Source: Vulcanisaeta distributa DSM 14429 (GTDB taxonomy: Archaea > Thermoproteota > Thermoprotei > Thermoproteales > Thermocladiaceae). From it: a stretch of DNA of 32,000 nucleotides. The stretch is from the NCBI RefSeq assembly GCF_000148385.1, contig NC_014537.1, positions 1,770,001 to 1,802,000 on the forward strand, read 5' to 3'. This document shows, piece after piece, positions 9,006 to 17,521 of this stretch. Both the position numbers and the translations under genes were made by a program. How positions within the stretch are numbered: the first letter of the stretch is position 1; every line of letters begins with the position of its first letter. The notes below the pieces were generated by a model. That model worked only from the letters and a program-made list of their open reading frames with translations. It was not told the origin of the DNA and did not search any database.

Positions 9006-9413
9006 TTAATTACCTAATGCTTCATGAATAACCCTCCTCAGTTCATGGAGAGCCTTAATTACGTCATCATCATTTAAGCATATCCTGAATAGGTGCGTTC
9101 TATCCTCCCTCTTATCACTATTCCCAAAACCCAAGACACCTGGGAACAGGGTCAGTAACGCCTTAGCCACATCCTCCTCTCTGAAGGGTAGTACCATGAC
9201 GGCGACCTCATCGCATATACCGTGCAGGTAATCAACGTGCCAAAACCTATTAACAACCTTATTAAGATGCCTAACTATCCTTGCCGCGCACGCATTGCCA
9301 CAGGAACCGACATACGCATAAAGCCCATTACCTATCATGAATTTCCTACCCCTCGTAACTACACGACCACCCCTACACTTAAATAGGGCTACGTAACTCC
9401 GTGCCCTCACCAT
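9006..9413 (-). CDS. DUF123 (GIY-YIG superfamily-like) protein
   Basis: GLYAYVGSCGN...RIVRHLNK...FWHVDYL matches the DUF123 pattern YxYVGSA...R..RH...HWHIDYL. Confidence 0.7.
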   Translation of the reverse strand: MVRARSYVALFKCRGGRVVTRGRKFMIGNGLYAYVGSCGNACAARIVRHLNKVVNRFWHVDYLHGICDEVAVMVLPFREEDVAKALLTLFPGVLGFGNSDKREDRTHLFRICLNDDDVIKALHELRRVIHEALGN

Positions 9414-10090
9414 ACATAGGTCACATTAACAACGGCATACTCAGGTATTTCACCATTGATTATTACACCCGCGTTTGTCGGTGGATAATACTCAGCGGCA
9501 TAGCACGTGAATCCAAGGGTGAGTGCGTATGTTGAGTTCGGTAAGACTGGGACGATTAATTGTCCATATTGACCAGCCTCATAGGCGTATGTCGAGCTTT
9601 CGTATGTGTATACCGCTGTCATGGGTATTGAGGGCATCGCTTGAGCCATAACGTACACGTAGTATGAAACAGACCCCTCAATGACCTGAGGATTCGATAG
9701 CCTATACGTTATAACTAAGTAACCTGGTCCCTTGGTCTCAAAGTATAGTTCTTTCGTTGCTTGAAGAGAGTAGCCATTGCAGTTAGTTATTGATAATGTG
9801 GCGTTTATAGTTAGGTTACTCGTAATAACCTCCCTATGGCTTAATGAGCCCTGATACTGAATTAAGCCTCCATTGGCCGTGCACTCATTCAGCTTTTGGA
9901 GGAGTGCTGTATACTTAATGAGCAGTTTTGTGTAATTACTCATCAACTCCTCATACTCAATTGAGTTAACGCATGAACCACCCACTGTCACATTATCCTT
10001 AGTTATGTAAAACGAGTGTATTAAGTACACGAGTACTATAGCGAGTACCAGCGCGAGAATCACCGTGCTCAATGCCTTAATGCTGGGCAC
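9407..10090 (-). CDS. Membrane-anchored, probably extracellular Tyr-rich protein of unknown function
   Basis: An N-terminal hydrophobic anchor (ALSTVILALVLAIVLVYLI) is followed by a region with several N-x-S/T sequons. It overlaps the downstream DUF123 gene by 7 nt. Confidence 0.5.
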   Translation of the reverse strand: MPSIKALSTVILALVLAIVLVYLIHSFYITKDNVTVGGSCVNSIEYEELMSNYTKLLIKYTALLQKLNECTANGGLIQYQGSLSHREVITSNLTINATLSITNCNGYSLQATKELYFETKGPGYLVITYRLSNPQVIEGSVSYYVYVMAQAMPSIPMTAVYTYESSTYAYEAGQYGQLIVPVLPNSTYALTLGFTCYAAEYYPPTNAGVIINGEIPEYAVVNVTYVW

Positions 10091-10175
10091 TCGTGATTGT
10101 TATTGTGGGGTGAAATAAAAGTTAGTTTTTCGTAATGTGTAGATAGGCTTTTATAATTTCATAGAACCTGCAATT

Positions 10176-11231
10176 ATGATAAACGTGTCACTACCCAATT
10201 ACTGCAATGAGCCGGAGATCCTAGTCAAGATACCCAACGAACAAACAAACCCAGAGTGGGGTATACCACCGGAGAAGAGGCCCATGGATTTATACCTAAA
10301 GTATGGCTTCGTAATTATTGATAAGCCAAGGGGACCAACAAGTCATGAGGTGGCCGCCTGGGTTAAGAAAATGCTTAACCTCGATAGGGCTGGTCACTCG
10401 GGCACCCTCGATCCGAGGGTCTCGGGCGTACTGCCCATAGCGCTCGGTGAGTCCACGAAGGCCATGCCCGCGATTAACACACTGGATAAGGAGTACATAA
10501 TGGTTATGAAACTTCATGGCGATGTCGATGACGAGAAGCTGAGGGCTGTGCTCAGGGAATTCACGGGCGCCATATATCAAAGGCCACCGTTGAGGAGCGC
10601 CGTTAAGAGACAGTTGAGGGTTAAGCATGTTTATGAACTTGAGCTTCTCGAGAGGGATGGTAAATACGTATTGATTAGAATGAATGTGGAATCTGGAACC
10701 TACGCTAGGAAACTCGCCTACGACATCGGCGAGGTGCTGGGGATCGGCGCGAACATGAGGGAGTTAAGGAGGACTAGGGTTGGTTGCTTCACGGAGAAGG
10801 AGGCAGTGACGCTTCAAGACCTTAAGGATGCGTATACGCTCTATAAGGATTATGGAGTTGAGGACCTGCTCAGGACCTACGTGAAGCCCGTTGAGTATAT
10901 GGTGAGGCATCTACCTAAGGTCTGGATTAGGGATTCGGCAGTCGATGCGATATGCCATGGGGCTGCGTTAGCGGTTCCCGGTATTGTTAAATTAACAAAT
11001 AACATAGGTAAGGGCTCGTTAGTGGCAATAATGACGCTGAAGAACGAATTAGTGGCACTTGGTTACGCAGAGATGACTAGTGACGAGATAATGAAGGCGC
11101 AGCGGGGGATAGCCGTTAAGACGACTAGGGTAGTCATGAAGAAGGGTACGTATCCTCCAATGTGGAAGAGAAGGAAGGCTGAGGGAAAGGCTGAGGAGAA
11201 GCCTCAGGAAAGCCCTGAGGGTAAGTCGTAG
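10176..11231 (+). CDS. cbf5: H/ACA RNP pseudouridine synthase Cbf5 (TruB family with a PUA domain)
   Basis: The catalytic block [21 protein letters not shown]...[24 protein letters not shown] is present. There is a C-terminal PUA-like region and a Lys/Glu-rich tail. Confidence 0.9.
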   Translation: MINVSLPNYCNEPEILVKIPNEQTNPEWGIPPEKRPMDLYLKYGFVIIDKPRGPTSHEVAAWVKKMLNLDRAGHSGTLDPRVSGVLPIALGESTKAMPAINTLDKEYIMVMKLHGDVDDEKLRAVLREFTGAIYQRPPLRSAVKRQLRVKHVYELELLERDGKYVLIRMNVESGTYARKLAYDIGEVLGIGANMRELRRTRVGCFTEKEAVTLQDLKDAYTLYKDYGVEDLLRTYVKPVEYMVRHLPKVWIRDSAVDAICHGAALAVPGIVKLTNNIGKGSLVAIMTLKNELVALGYAEMTSDEIMKAQRGIAVKTTRVVMKKGTYPPMWKRRKAEGKAEEKPQESPEGKS

Positions 11232-11265
11232 CAATAGTTTTATTACTCCATTTATTGTAAATGGA

Positions 11266-11323
11266 CTGGCTGATGAGAGTTGAGGGTCAACTGACCTGGT
11301 GAGGAGCAGCGGATCGCCTGATT
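11266..11323 (+). ncRNA. Candidate C/D box sRNA (2'-O-methylation guide)
   Basis: The boxes are C = cTGATGA (11270-11276), D' = CTGA (11291-11294), C' = GTGAGGA (11299-11305) and D = CTGA (11318-11321). Spacers are 14 nt (C to D') and 12 nt (C' to D). The element is intergenic, and the A/T-rich sequence TTTTATTA at about 11239 could act as a TATA box about 27 nt upstream. Confidence 0.5.
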
Positions 11324-11382
11324 TCTATCTCGATATCTGTAATTTAAACCGGAACATGCAATTATAGGGATTAGGCGATTAG

Positions 11383-12540
11383 GTGGTTAATGAAACCGAG
11401 ATATACCTGGACGAGTGCCCAGCATCACCGCTCAGTCACATACTGGCTCTACGGAGTAGTGTCGAGGGTGGTAATGAACTTCCATACCTGGGCTTGGATT
11501 CGATAAATGACGTAACCATATACCTAACCCACGCATGCAACCTTAATTGCAAACACTGCTACTTATCAGCGGGTAAGCCATTAAGTGGGGAGTTGAGTGT
11601 TGATGATTGGCTTCTCATACTCGATAAACTAAGGGATCTGGGGGTTAGGTACGTGTATTTATTGGGTGGTGAGCCGACGTTGTTGATTAAGAGGGGTTTG
11701 TTGAGGATAATAGGTCATGCAAAGGATCTTGGTTTTTACGTATCGATGAGTACCAATGGTACGTTAATTAATAGGGAGAATGCGCTTCAACTTAAAAAGG
11801 CTGGGCTTGATCAGGTCCAGGTAAGCCTAGATGGTCCAAACCCCGCAGTTAATGATGTAATCAGAGGTTTTGGCAGTTTTGATAAGGCTATTAGGGCCGT
11901 CAACGTGCTTAAGGAGGTTGGTATTGCCGTGTCGTTATCATACACGGTAATTCCTGATAATGCCTATTACGTAACTGACATGGTTAAGTTGACGGAGAAG
12001 TTAGGGGTTCCCGTGCTTACCTTTATACGTGTTCAGGAGTTTGGTAGAGCCCGTGAAAACGGCTTATCGCTTAGTGATGGTTTAGCGAGGATGGTGATTA
12101 ATGATTTAATGCGCATTAAGACCAGCGTTAAGCTGGTCCTAAATGGCTTTAGGTTTAGTCTCAGCGATTTATACGAGGCGCATAGGAAGTCCAGGGAGAG
12201 ACTTAATGCCCTTAGGATCATTAATTACTCAACATGCCCCGCAGGCAGAAGCAGATTTGTAATAGATTCGGATGGTAGTATCTATGGGTGTGAACTGACC
12301 ATGAATAAGGAGTTCTACGAGGGCAATGCGCTTAGGGATGATCTTAAGGTCATCTGGAGGAATGGTTTTAGGTCGTTTAGGAATAGGAACTATGTGAATA
12401 TAAAGCCATGCAATACCTGCCCAATGGCTGACCTATGCAATGCAGGTTGCCCTGCCCGGGCATTTACAGCCTTCGGCTCCGTAAATTCACCTGATCCTTA
12501 TTGCCCAATTGTTGGGAGATTGATTAATAAATCCAGGTAA
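11383..12540 (+). CDS. Radical SAM protein with a C-terminal SPASM domain
   Basis: Radical SAM motif CNLNCKHCY (CxxxCxxC). C-terminal Cys cluster: CPAGRSRFVIDSDGSIYGC...CNTCPMADLCNAGCPARAF...YC. The start is uncertain: GTG at 11383 or the in-frame TTG at 11494. Confidence 0.8.
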   Translation: MVNETEIYLDECPASPLSHILALRSSVEGGNELPYLGLDSINDVTIYLTHACNLNCKHCYLSAGKPLSGELSVDDWLLILDKLRDLGVRYVYLLGGEPTLLIKRGLLRIIGHAKDLGFYVSMSTNGTLINRENALQLKKAGLDQVQVSLDGPNPAVNDVIRGFGSFDKAIRAVNVLKEVGIAVSLSYTVIPDNAYYVTDMVKLTEKLGVPVLTFIRVQEFGRARENGLSLSDGLARMVINDLMRIKTSVKLVLNGFRFSLSDLYEAHRKSRERLNALRIINYSTCPAGRSRFVIDSDGSIYGCELTMNKEFYEGNALRDDLKVIWRNGFRSFRNRNYVNIKPCNTCPMADLCNAGCPARAFTAFGSVNSPDPYCPIVGRLINKSR

Positions 12541-12560
12541 TGATTACTCCCTAACTCAAG

Positions 12561-13373
12561 GTGATGATTGTTGATGTATTTAGGGAGCTGAATAGGGACG
12601 TACTTAGCCTGATCAAGAGGGCTTACCTGGCGGACCCCGTTAGATACGCCTACCTTTACTACGACATTACTTACTACCCGGAATTTACCGAGGCGTACCT
12701 AAACGTGGTTGGCAATGACATAGTTGGCTACCTATTAATATTCAGGGGGTTACCATACACGGCAATTCACATAATCGGCAACGCACCCCTCAATGCCCTA
12801 AATGAGACCTTACTAAACAATCACCTGGTGATTCATGCCGAGACCGAGCCTAAGCACGTAAATTACCTAGTTAATAAGTTGTCAAGTAGTGGCGTAGTAT
12901 CTTTATCCAGGGGCTTAACAATGATATGCTGGGGCAACCACTTTAAGGAGTTTGTAATTCGCGGAAACGTCACAATCCGTAGATTGTCAATTAATGACAT
13001 CGATGAATTCCTCAAGATAAAGAACATTCAAGGATCACGGATAAGCAAGGCCGAGGCGTTAATCAGACTTTCATCACCTCACTGGCATTACTACGGCCTA
13101 TTTACCAATAACGAGCTAGTGGCTATCGCAGGAACATACCTCAAGTTACCAGAGGTTTGGGCCATTGGCGACGTATTCACAGCACCTAATTACAGGAATA
13201 GGGGTTTTGCGAAGGCCGTTGTCTCCGCAATCACTAGGGATGCTATTAATGCTAATGCCATAGCTATGCTGCACGTGGACGAGGGTAACACACCGGCAAT
13301 TAAGGTCTATGGGCAGCTTGGATATATTGCTGTTCAGTACTTTACTTGGTTACGCTTTGAGCACAACTCCTGA
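12561..13373 (+). CDS. GNAT family N-acetyltransferase with an N-terminal extension
   Basis: The C-terminal half carries the acetyl-CoA binding pattern (YRNRGFAKAVVSAITRDAI). It lies 20 nt downstream of the rSAM gene on the same strand. Confidence 0.7.
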   Translation: MMIVDVFRELNRDVLSLIKRAYLADPVRYAYLYYDITYYPEFTEAYLNVVGNDIVGYLLIFRGLPYTAIHIIGNAPLNALNETLLNNHLVIHAETEPKHVNYLVNKLSSSGVVSLSRGLTMICWGNHFKEFVIRGNVTIRRLSINDIDEFLKIKNIQGSRISKAEALIRLSSPHWHYYGLFTNNELVAIAGTYLKLPEVWAIGDVFTAPNYRNRGFAKAVVSAITRDAINANAIAMLHVDEGNTPAIKVYGQLGYIAVQYFTWLRFEHNS

Positions 13374-13560
13374 AAATAAATGACAACCTCAATTTGTTCA
13401 GTGTACTTAATGCATTGTTTGCGTGTTCTCATTTTTACTGATGGTAATGGTGCCTTATTAATTCATTGTTCTAATTATTAATGGATGTAATATACGTGAG
13501 CCCCCACATAGTTCTTCGTGCAGTAAGGTTTAAATATATGATAATTCCTCCCACAGTGGT

Positions 13561-14139
13561 ATGGCAAAGGCGAAGATACTAATAATAGCTGGGGATGCCG
13601 TGGAAGCACTCGAGCTCTTCTACCCATATTACAGGCTTAAGGAGGAGGGTTGGGATGTCGATGTCGCCGCACCCAGTAAGAAGGATTTAAGGACTGTCGT
13701 TCACGATTTCGAGCCAGGTTGGGAAACCTATAGCGAAAAGCCAGGTTACCTCTTCAAGTGGGTTACCAAGACCTTATCTGAAGTTAGGCCTGAGGAGTAC
13801 GATGGGTTGGTGATACCTGGAGGTAGAATGCCTGAGTACGTCAGGGTGGTCGCCTTAGAGGATATAAAACGAATAGTGAGGCATTTCTTCGAGACGGGGA
13901 AGCCCGTGGCTGCCATATGCCATGCACCGCAGATACTGGCTGCGGCTGGCGTAATTAAGGGTAGGAGGATGACGAGTTACATAGCCGTGAGACCAGAGGT
14001 GGAGAATAACGGAGGTATATGGGTGGACCAGGAGGTTGTGGTTGATGGTAACCTAGTGACATCCAGGGCCTGGCCGGACAACCCAGCCTGGATGAGGGAG
14101 TTCATAAAGCTGGTAAAGGCAAGAATAGGGTCTGTATGA
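13561..14139 (+). CDS. pfpI: DJ-1/PfpI family protease or deglycase
   Basis: Nucleophile elbow AAICHAPQIL. Length is 192 aa. The TATA element GTTTAAATATA lies about 25 nt upstream of the ATG. Confidence 0.85.
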   Translation: MAKAKILIIAGDAVEALELFYPYYRLKEEGWDVDVAAPSKKDLRTVVHDFEPGWETYSEKPGYLFKWVTKTLSEVRPEEYDGLVIPGGRMPEYVRVVALEDIKRIVRHFFETGKPVAAICHAPQILAAAGVIKGRRMTSYIAVRPEVENNGGIWVDQEVVVDGNLVTSRAWPDNPAWMREFIKLVKARIGSV

Positions 14140-14418
14140 TGCGCTTAACGTAATCCGAATCCAAAGTTAAAAATACGCCTTTCATCATTAATCGGAAATA
14201 CACTACTAAATGCGGTCAATACAACTACGCACTTAATTTAAAGGCCCAGGGCTTAAACTATCATGCCACGTGAATGATTAATGATAAATGCTGGTGTTTG
14301 GGGCAATGGCAATAAAGTTATCATGATTAAACATGGAATGCCGGTGGTCTATGTTCATTATATGGTTAATAACGAGTAAAGACGGTCATTTTTAACCATT
14401 AGAGTTAACAATGTAGGT

Positions 14419-15372
14419 TCACCGGACAACCCTATTGATTAGAGTCCCAATTCTCTCCACATACAACTCCACGGTATCCCCCGGCCTTAAGCTTCTTCCA
14501 ATATCAAGCCCTGTACAACCAGACACGGTGCCGCTCCCAAAGACATCCCCGGGCCTAACGTACTCGCTCATTGATACGTAAGATATCATATCCCCAAAGT
14601 CCCACTGCATATCCTCTATCTTTGTATCGCACCAAATCTCTCCATTGATCCTGGCATAGACCCTTAAGCCCTTTATATCGGGTAGTTCGTCCCTCGTGAC
14701 GATCCACGGACCAAGCCCATTGGCAAAATCCTTACTCTTGCCCGGACCAAGCAAAAGCCTTAATTCCACGGCCTCTAACTCCCTAACACTGAAGTCATTA
14801 AATATTGTATAACCAATCACCAAGTCGTAAGCTCTATCCTTACTCACGTCCTTGCCCTTCTTATACGTTATAGCAGCTACCTCAAGTTCGAAGTCCAAGG
14901 TCTTGGCGTAGCTCGGCCATGGAACGTCCTCCATATGCCCATAGAATATGGCTGGGTCACCCTTATAGTAAGTCGGCACCTTAAACCACTCCTCAGGTAC
15001 CTTAATGCCCATCCTCCTTGATGACGCCTCAACATGGCCCCTAAAGGCAAGGAAGTCCCTAAGCATGTTAGCCCTGGTCAATGGGGCCTTCCACCTCACA
15101 TCGCTGGCACGCCTCACCACGGCAATGTCCCTATGGCTCCTCACCCAATCAATGACATCATTGATCAACCTTAACCCCTCATCACCAGACTGTAGGACGC
15201 CCAGCATGTCTGGTGGTAAAACCGCATTGCAGAATCTTTCCGCGAACTGCTCATCCTCACCCTTATCAATAAGCATCGCGTAACAATTATCATTCAAATC
15301 AACGACATAATTATCCTCGAATAACACAGCGGACCTAACCCTACCATCCCTCAAATAACTAAGGAGCTTCAT
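14419..15372 (-). CDS. Fumarylacetoacetate hydrolase (FAH) family protein
   Basis: The C-terminal FAH fold signature GDVFGSGTVSGCTGLDIGRSLRPGDTVELYVERIGTLINRV is present. Confidence 0.8.
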   Translation of the reverse strand: MKLLSYLRDGRVRSAVLFEDNYVVDLNDNCYAMLIDKGEDEQFAERFCNAVLPPDMLGVLQSGDEGLRLINDVIDWVRSHRDIAVVRRASDVRWKAPLTRANMLRDFLAFRGHVEASSRRMGIKVPEEWFKVPTYYKGDPAIFYGHMEDVPWPSYAKTLDFELEVAAITYKKGKDVSKDRAYDLVIGYTIFNDFSVRELEAVELRLLLGPGKSKDFANGLGPWIVTRDELPDIKGLRVYARINGEIWCDTKIEDMQWDFGDMISYVSMSEYVRPGDVFGSGTVSGCTGLDIGRSLRPGDTVELYVERIGTLINRVVR

Positions 15373-15436
15373 TAATGCATAATGTAATTAATGTAAAACT
15401 TATAAGTTTTATTTGAATTATTATCAGTTGGGAATC

Positions 15437-16357
15437 ATGGAATGGCGGATAGGCCTTATTGAACTTGATAAGGGTGTCCATGCATACATACAGCCCAGGG
15501 GCACCTGGTTCATTGCCAATGCTGGGTTGATAGTGGGTAGGGACTTCTCCATAGTCATTGATTCATTAACGAATGAGAAAATGGCACTGGACTTCTTATC
15601 AAGCATAAGGAGGGTCACGGACAAGCCAATACGTTTTCTAATCAATACTCACTACCACGGTGATCACACATGGACTAATCATCTGTTCAATGCAATAACC
15701 ATAGCCCATGTAAACACGAGAAGGTTAATCGAGGAGGAGATGAGGATGAGTGCAATGAGACTTTACGAAAAACTATTTCCTGAAATAGACTTCAGCGGTG
15801 CTAGATATACATTGCAGGACCTGGTCTTTTCAGAATCACTCACACTTTACGTGGGTGATAAGTCTGTTGAGGTTAAGTACATAGGGTATCCAGCCCACAC
15901 CATTGGTGACGCCTACATTTACATACCCGACTCCAGAGTAGTGTTCGCAGGTGACTTATTATTTGCCGAACCATGCACGCCATTCGTACTATTCGGCTCC
16001 GTCTCAGGGTCAATAGAAGCCCTTGATAATTTAGCCTCACTGAATGCTGACATCTACGTACCAGGCCACGGCCCTATATCGTACGGCCGTAAAGCGCTCT
16101 ACAGGGCTAGGGATTACCTAACGTATATCAGGGATGAGGCCTGGAGATTATTTAAGGAGGGCTTACCGTTTAATGAGGCTGCCCGGAGGATCGATCTCAG
16201 GGAATTCGCCAATTGGTATGATAAGGAGAGGGTGGTGGGTAATGTTGCGAGGGCCTATAGCGAGTTCAGGGGTGAAAGACCTGGTGCGCCATTGCAAAAT
16301 CTTAACGAGATAATACTTGAGATGAACAGGTATCGACAGTATACGCAGGATGATTAA
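15437..16357 (+). CDS. MBL-fold metallo-hydrolase
   Basis: Contains the HxHxDH motif (NTHYHGDHTW) and later His/Asp ligands. The first ATG is at 15437; the ORF track starts at a TTG at 15413. Confidence 0.8.
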   Translation: MEWRIGLIELDKGVHAYIQPRGTWFIANAGLIVGRDFSIVIDSLTNEKMALDFLSSIRRVTDKPIRFLINTHYHGDHTWTNHLFNAITIAHVNTRRLIEEEMRMSAMRLYEKLFPEIDFSGARYTLQDLVFSESLTLYVGDKSVEVKYIGYPAHTIGDAYIYIPDSRVVFAGDLLFAEPCTPFVLFGSVSGSIEALDNLASLNADIYVPGHGPISYGRKALYRARDYLTYIRDEAWRLFKEGLPFNEAARRIDLREFANWYDKERVVGNVARAYSEFRGERPGAPLQNLNEIILEMNRYRQYTQDD

Positions 16358-16418
16358 AGCGAAATAACTCGTTAATAATTACTCGATACTGTAGGGCGGT
16401 TTTCATAACCTACTGCCC

Positions 16419-16525
16419 TGGTGCGGGGGGTGGGATTTGAACCCACGCAGGCCTTCGCCAACGGGACCTCATTGCGGGGATTGTTATCCTACCCGCCCCC
16501 TTTGACCTGGCTCGGGCACCCCCGC
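16419..16525 (-). tRNA. tRNA-Leu(GAG) with a 19-nt non-canonical intron and an encoded CCA
   Basis: Hand-folded cloverleaf:
- acceptor stem GCGGGGG/CCCCCGC with discriminator A73 and CCA
- D arm CCCG-AGCCAGGUCAA
- anticodon stem GCGGG/CCCGU
- 14-nt variable arm containing a GGC-GAAG-GCC hairpin
- T arm GUGGG-UUCAAAU-CCCAC
Removing 19 nt gives the loop UUGAGGU. Confidence 0.85.
16472..16490 (-). other. tRNA-Leu intron (19 nt) on the 5' side of the anticodon loop
   Basis: The intron sense sequence is AGGATAACAATCCCCGCAA, lying between nt 32 and 33. An equivalent register between nt 31 and 32 is also possible. It can form GGAT-AACA-ATCC and GCGG/CCGC helices with a 3-nt bulge at the 5' splice site. 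Confidence 0.65.
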
Positions 16526-16585
16526 AAGATCATTATCTTGCGGTTTGGTTTTAAGTGTTTTTCTGTGGTTTTGTTATGGTGTCTT

Positions 16586-17521
16586 GTGCTATGGGGAGAA
16601 AGTGTTATTAATGTTGTTTTCGATAACGGCTTCGTGTCTGCGGTTCTTTATGACCATGTCACTAAGAGGTTTGGGCGTATTGTGGCTGTTGAGGATGTTT
16701 ACCTTGAGGTTCCTGAGGGTAGGATAGTGGCGCTCGTGGGTCCTAACGGTGCTGGTAAGACGACGATGCTCAGGCTTGCGGCTGGTATACTAGCTCCCGA
16801 TGGTGGTAGGGTCCTTGTTTATGGCTATGATGCAATGAGCGTTAAGGCTAAGAGGAGGGTTGGGTTCATGACGCCCATGGACCGCGGTGTTTACTGGAGG
16901 TTAACGGCAATGGATAACCTAATCTTCTTCGGTGTATTGTACGGCTTATCGCTGGGGGAGGCTAGGGCGAGGGCTAAGGAGTTACTTGAGGACCTGGGAC
17001 TTGGTGGGAGGGCTAATGATTGGGTTGCTACGTATAGTACAGGCATGATGAGGAGGCTCGAGATAGCCAGGGCGTTGATGCACGACCCAGATGTACTACT
17101 GCTTGACGAGCCAACAAGCGGCATAGACATTGATGCGAAGCGCAGCATACTTAACTTCATTAGGGGTCTTAGGGGTAGGAAGACCGTGATCCTCGCATCC
17201 CACGATCCTCAGGAGATTGAGTTGGCGGATGCAGTTGTGTATATAAATAGGAGGATTTTGAATGAGTCGCCTGCCCTTAAGGTGGTTAAGGTCCTCGTTA
17301 AGGGTTCCGTGGATGGGCTTAGCGGATTTAATGTGGAGGGCGTTGGTGATGATGAGTACGTAATAGTAACAACAATTGATAAGTTTAATGAGTTAATGAG
17401 TATGTTAGCCATGTATGATGGTAGGGTCAGGGTTGTGGATATAGATGTTGAGGTTGCGGTGGCCGAGGGCAATGCACGGAAGATGGAGAGGGTTTTGAGG
17501 AGGAGGGAGGGGTGGTTGTGA
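16586..17521 (+). CDS. ABC transporter ATP-binding protein (ABC-2 exporter type)
   Basis: Walker A GPNGAGKTT, signature YSTGMMRRL, Walker B LLLDEPTSGID. The 5' part of the tracked ORF (16421-16585) overlaps the tRNA gene and is not coding. The GTG at 16586 is my best guess for the start. Confidence 0.8.
   Translation: MLWGESVINVVFDNGFVSAVLYDHVTKRFGRIVAVEDVYLEVPEGRIVALVGPNGAGKTTMLRLAAGILAPDGGRVLVYGYDAMSVKAKRRVGFMTPMDRGVYWRLTAMDNLIFFGVLYGLSLGEARARAKELLEDLGLGGRANDWVATYSTGMMRRLEIARALMHDPDVLLLDEPTSGIDIDAKRSILNFIRGLRGRKTVILASHDPQEIELADAVVYINRRILNESPALKVVKVLVKGSVDGLSGFNVEGVGDDEYVIVTTIDKFNELMSMLAMYDGRVRVVDIDVEVAVAEGNARKMERVLRRREGWL

Noticed and set aside
8837-9031. A 64-aa ORF following top6B, and C'/D-like boxes (GTGATGT, 11 nt, CTGA) on the minus strand at 8841-8866
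   Set aside because: The ORF is His/Gln/Thr-rich and has no support. The box pair has no partner C/D' half and has an off-length spacer.
14140-14200. Perfect C box AATGATGA on the minus strand (complement of 14183-14190) in the pfpI/FAH convergent spacer
   Set aside because: The sequence 12 nt downstream is TAAC, not CTGA. No D box follows before the sequence runs into the end of the pfpI gene.
14281-14379. A 32-codon ORF (MINAGVWGNGNKVIMIKHGMPVVYVHYMVNNE) in the same spacer
   Set aside because: It has no motif, no convincing promoter spacing and no context. It is indistinguishable from a chance ORF in A/T-rich DNA.
16476-16491. Near copy of the B12 operator inside the tRNA-Leu intron (TAGGATAACAATCCCC, 14 of 16 positions)
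   Set aside because: The right half-site is incomplete (CC instead of TA). The site is not next to a TATA box or start codon, and the hairpin is explained by intron structure. It is probably a coincidence, though it should appear in a genome-wide motif scan.
16421-16585. 5' extension of the ABC ATPase ORF, plus the alternative-frame ORF at 16545-16727
   Set aside because: The extension is read through the opposite strand of the tRNA-Leu gene and its promoter. The ABC domain only begins at about 16600. The other-frame ORF is Phe/Leu/Cys-rich nonsense.
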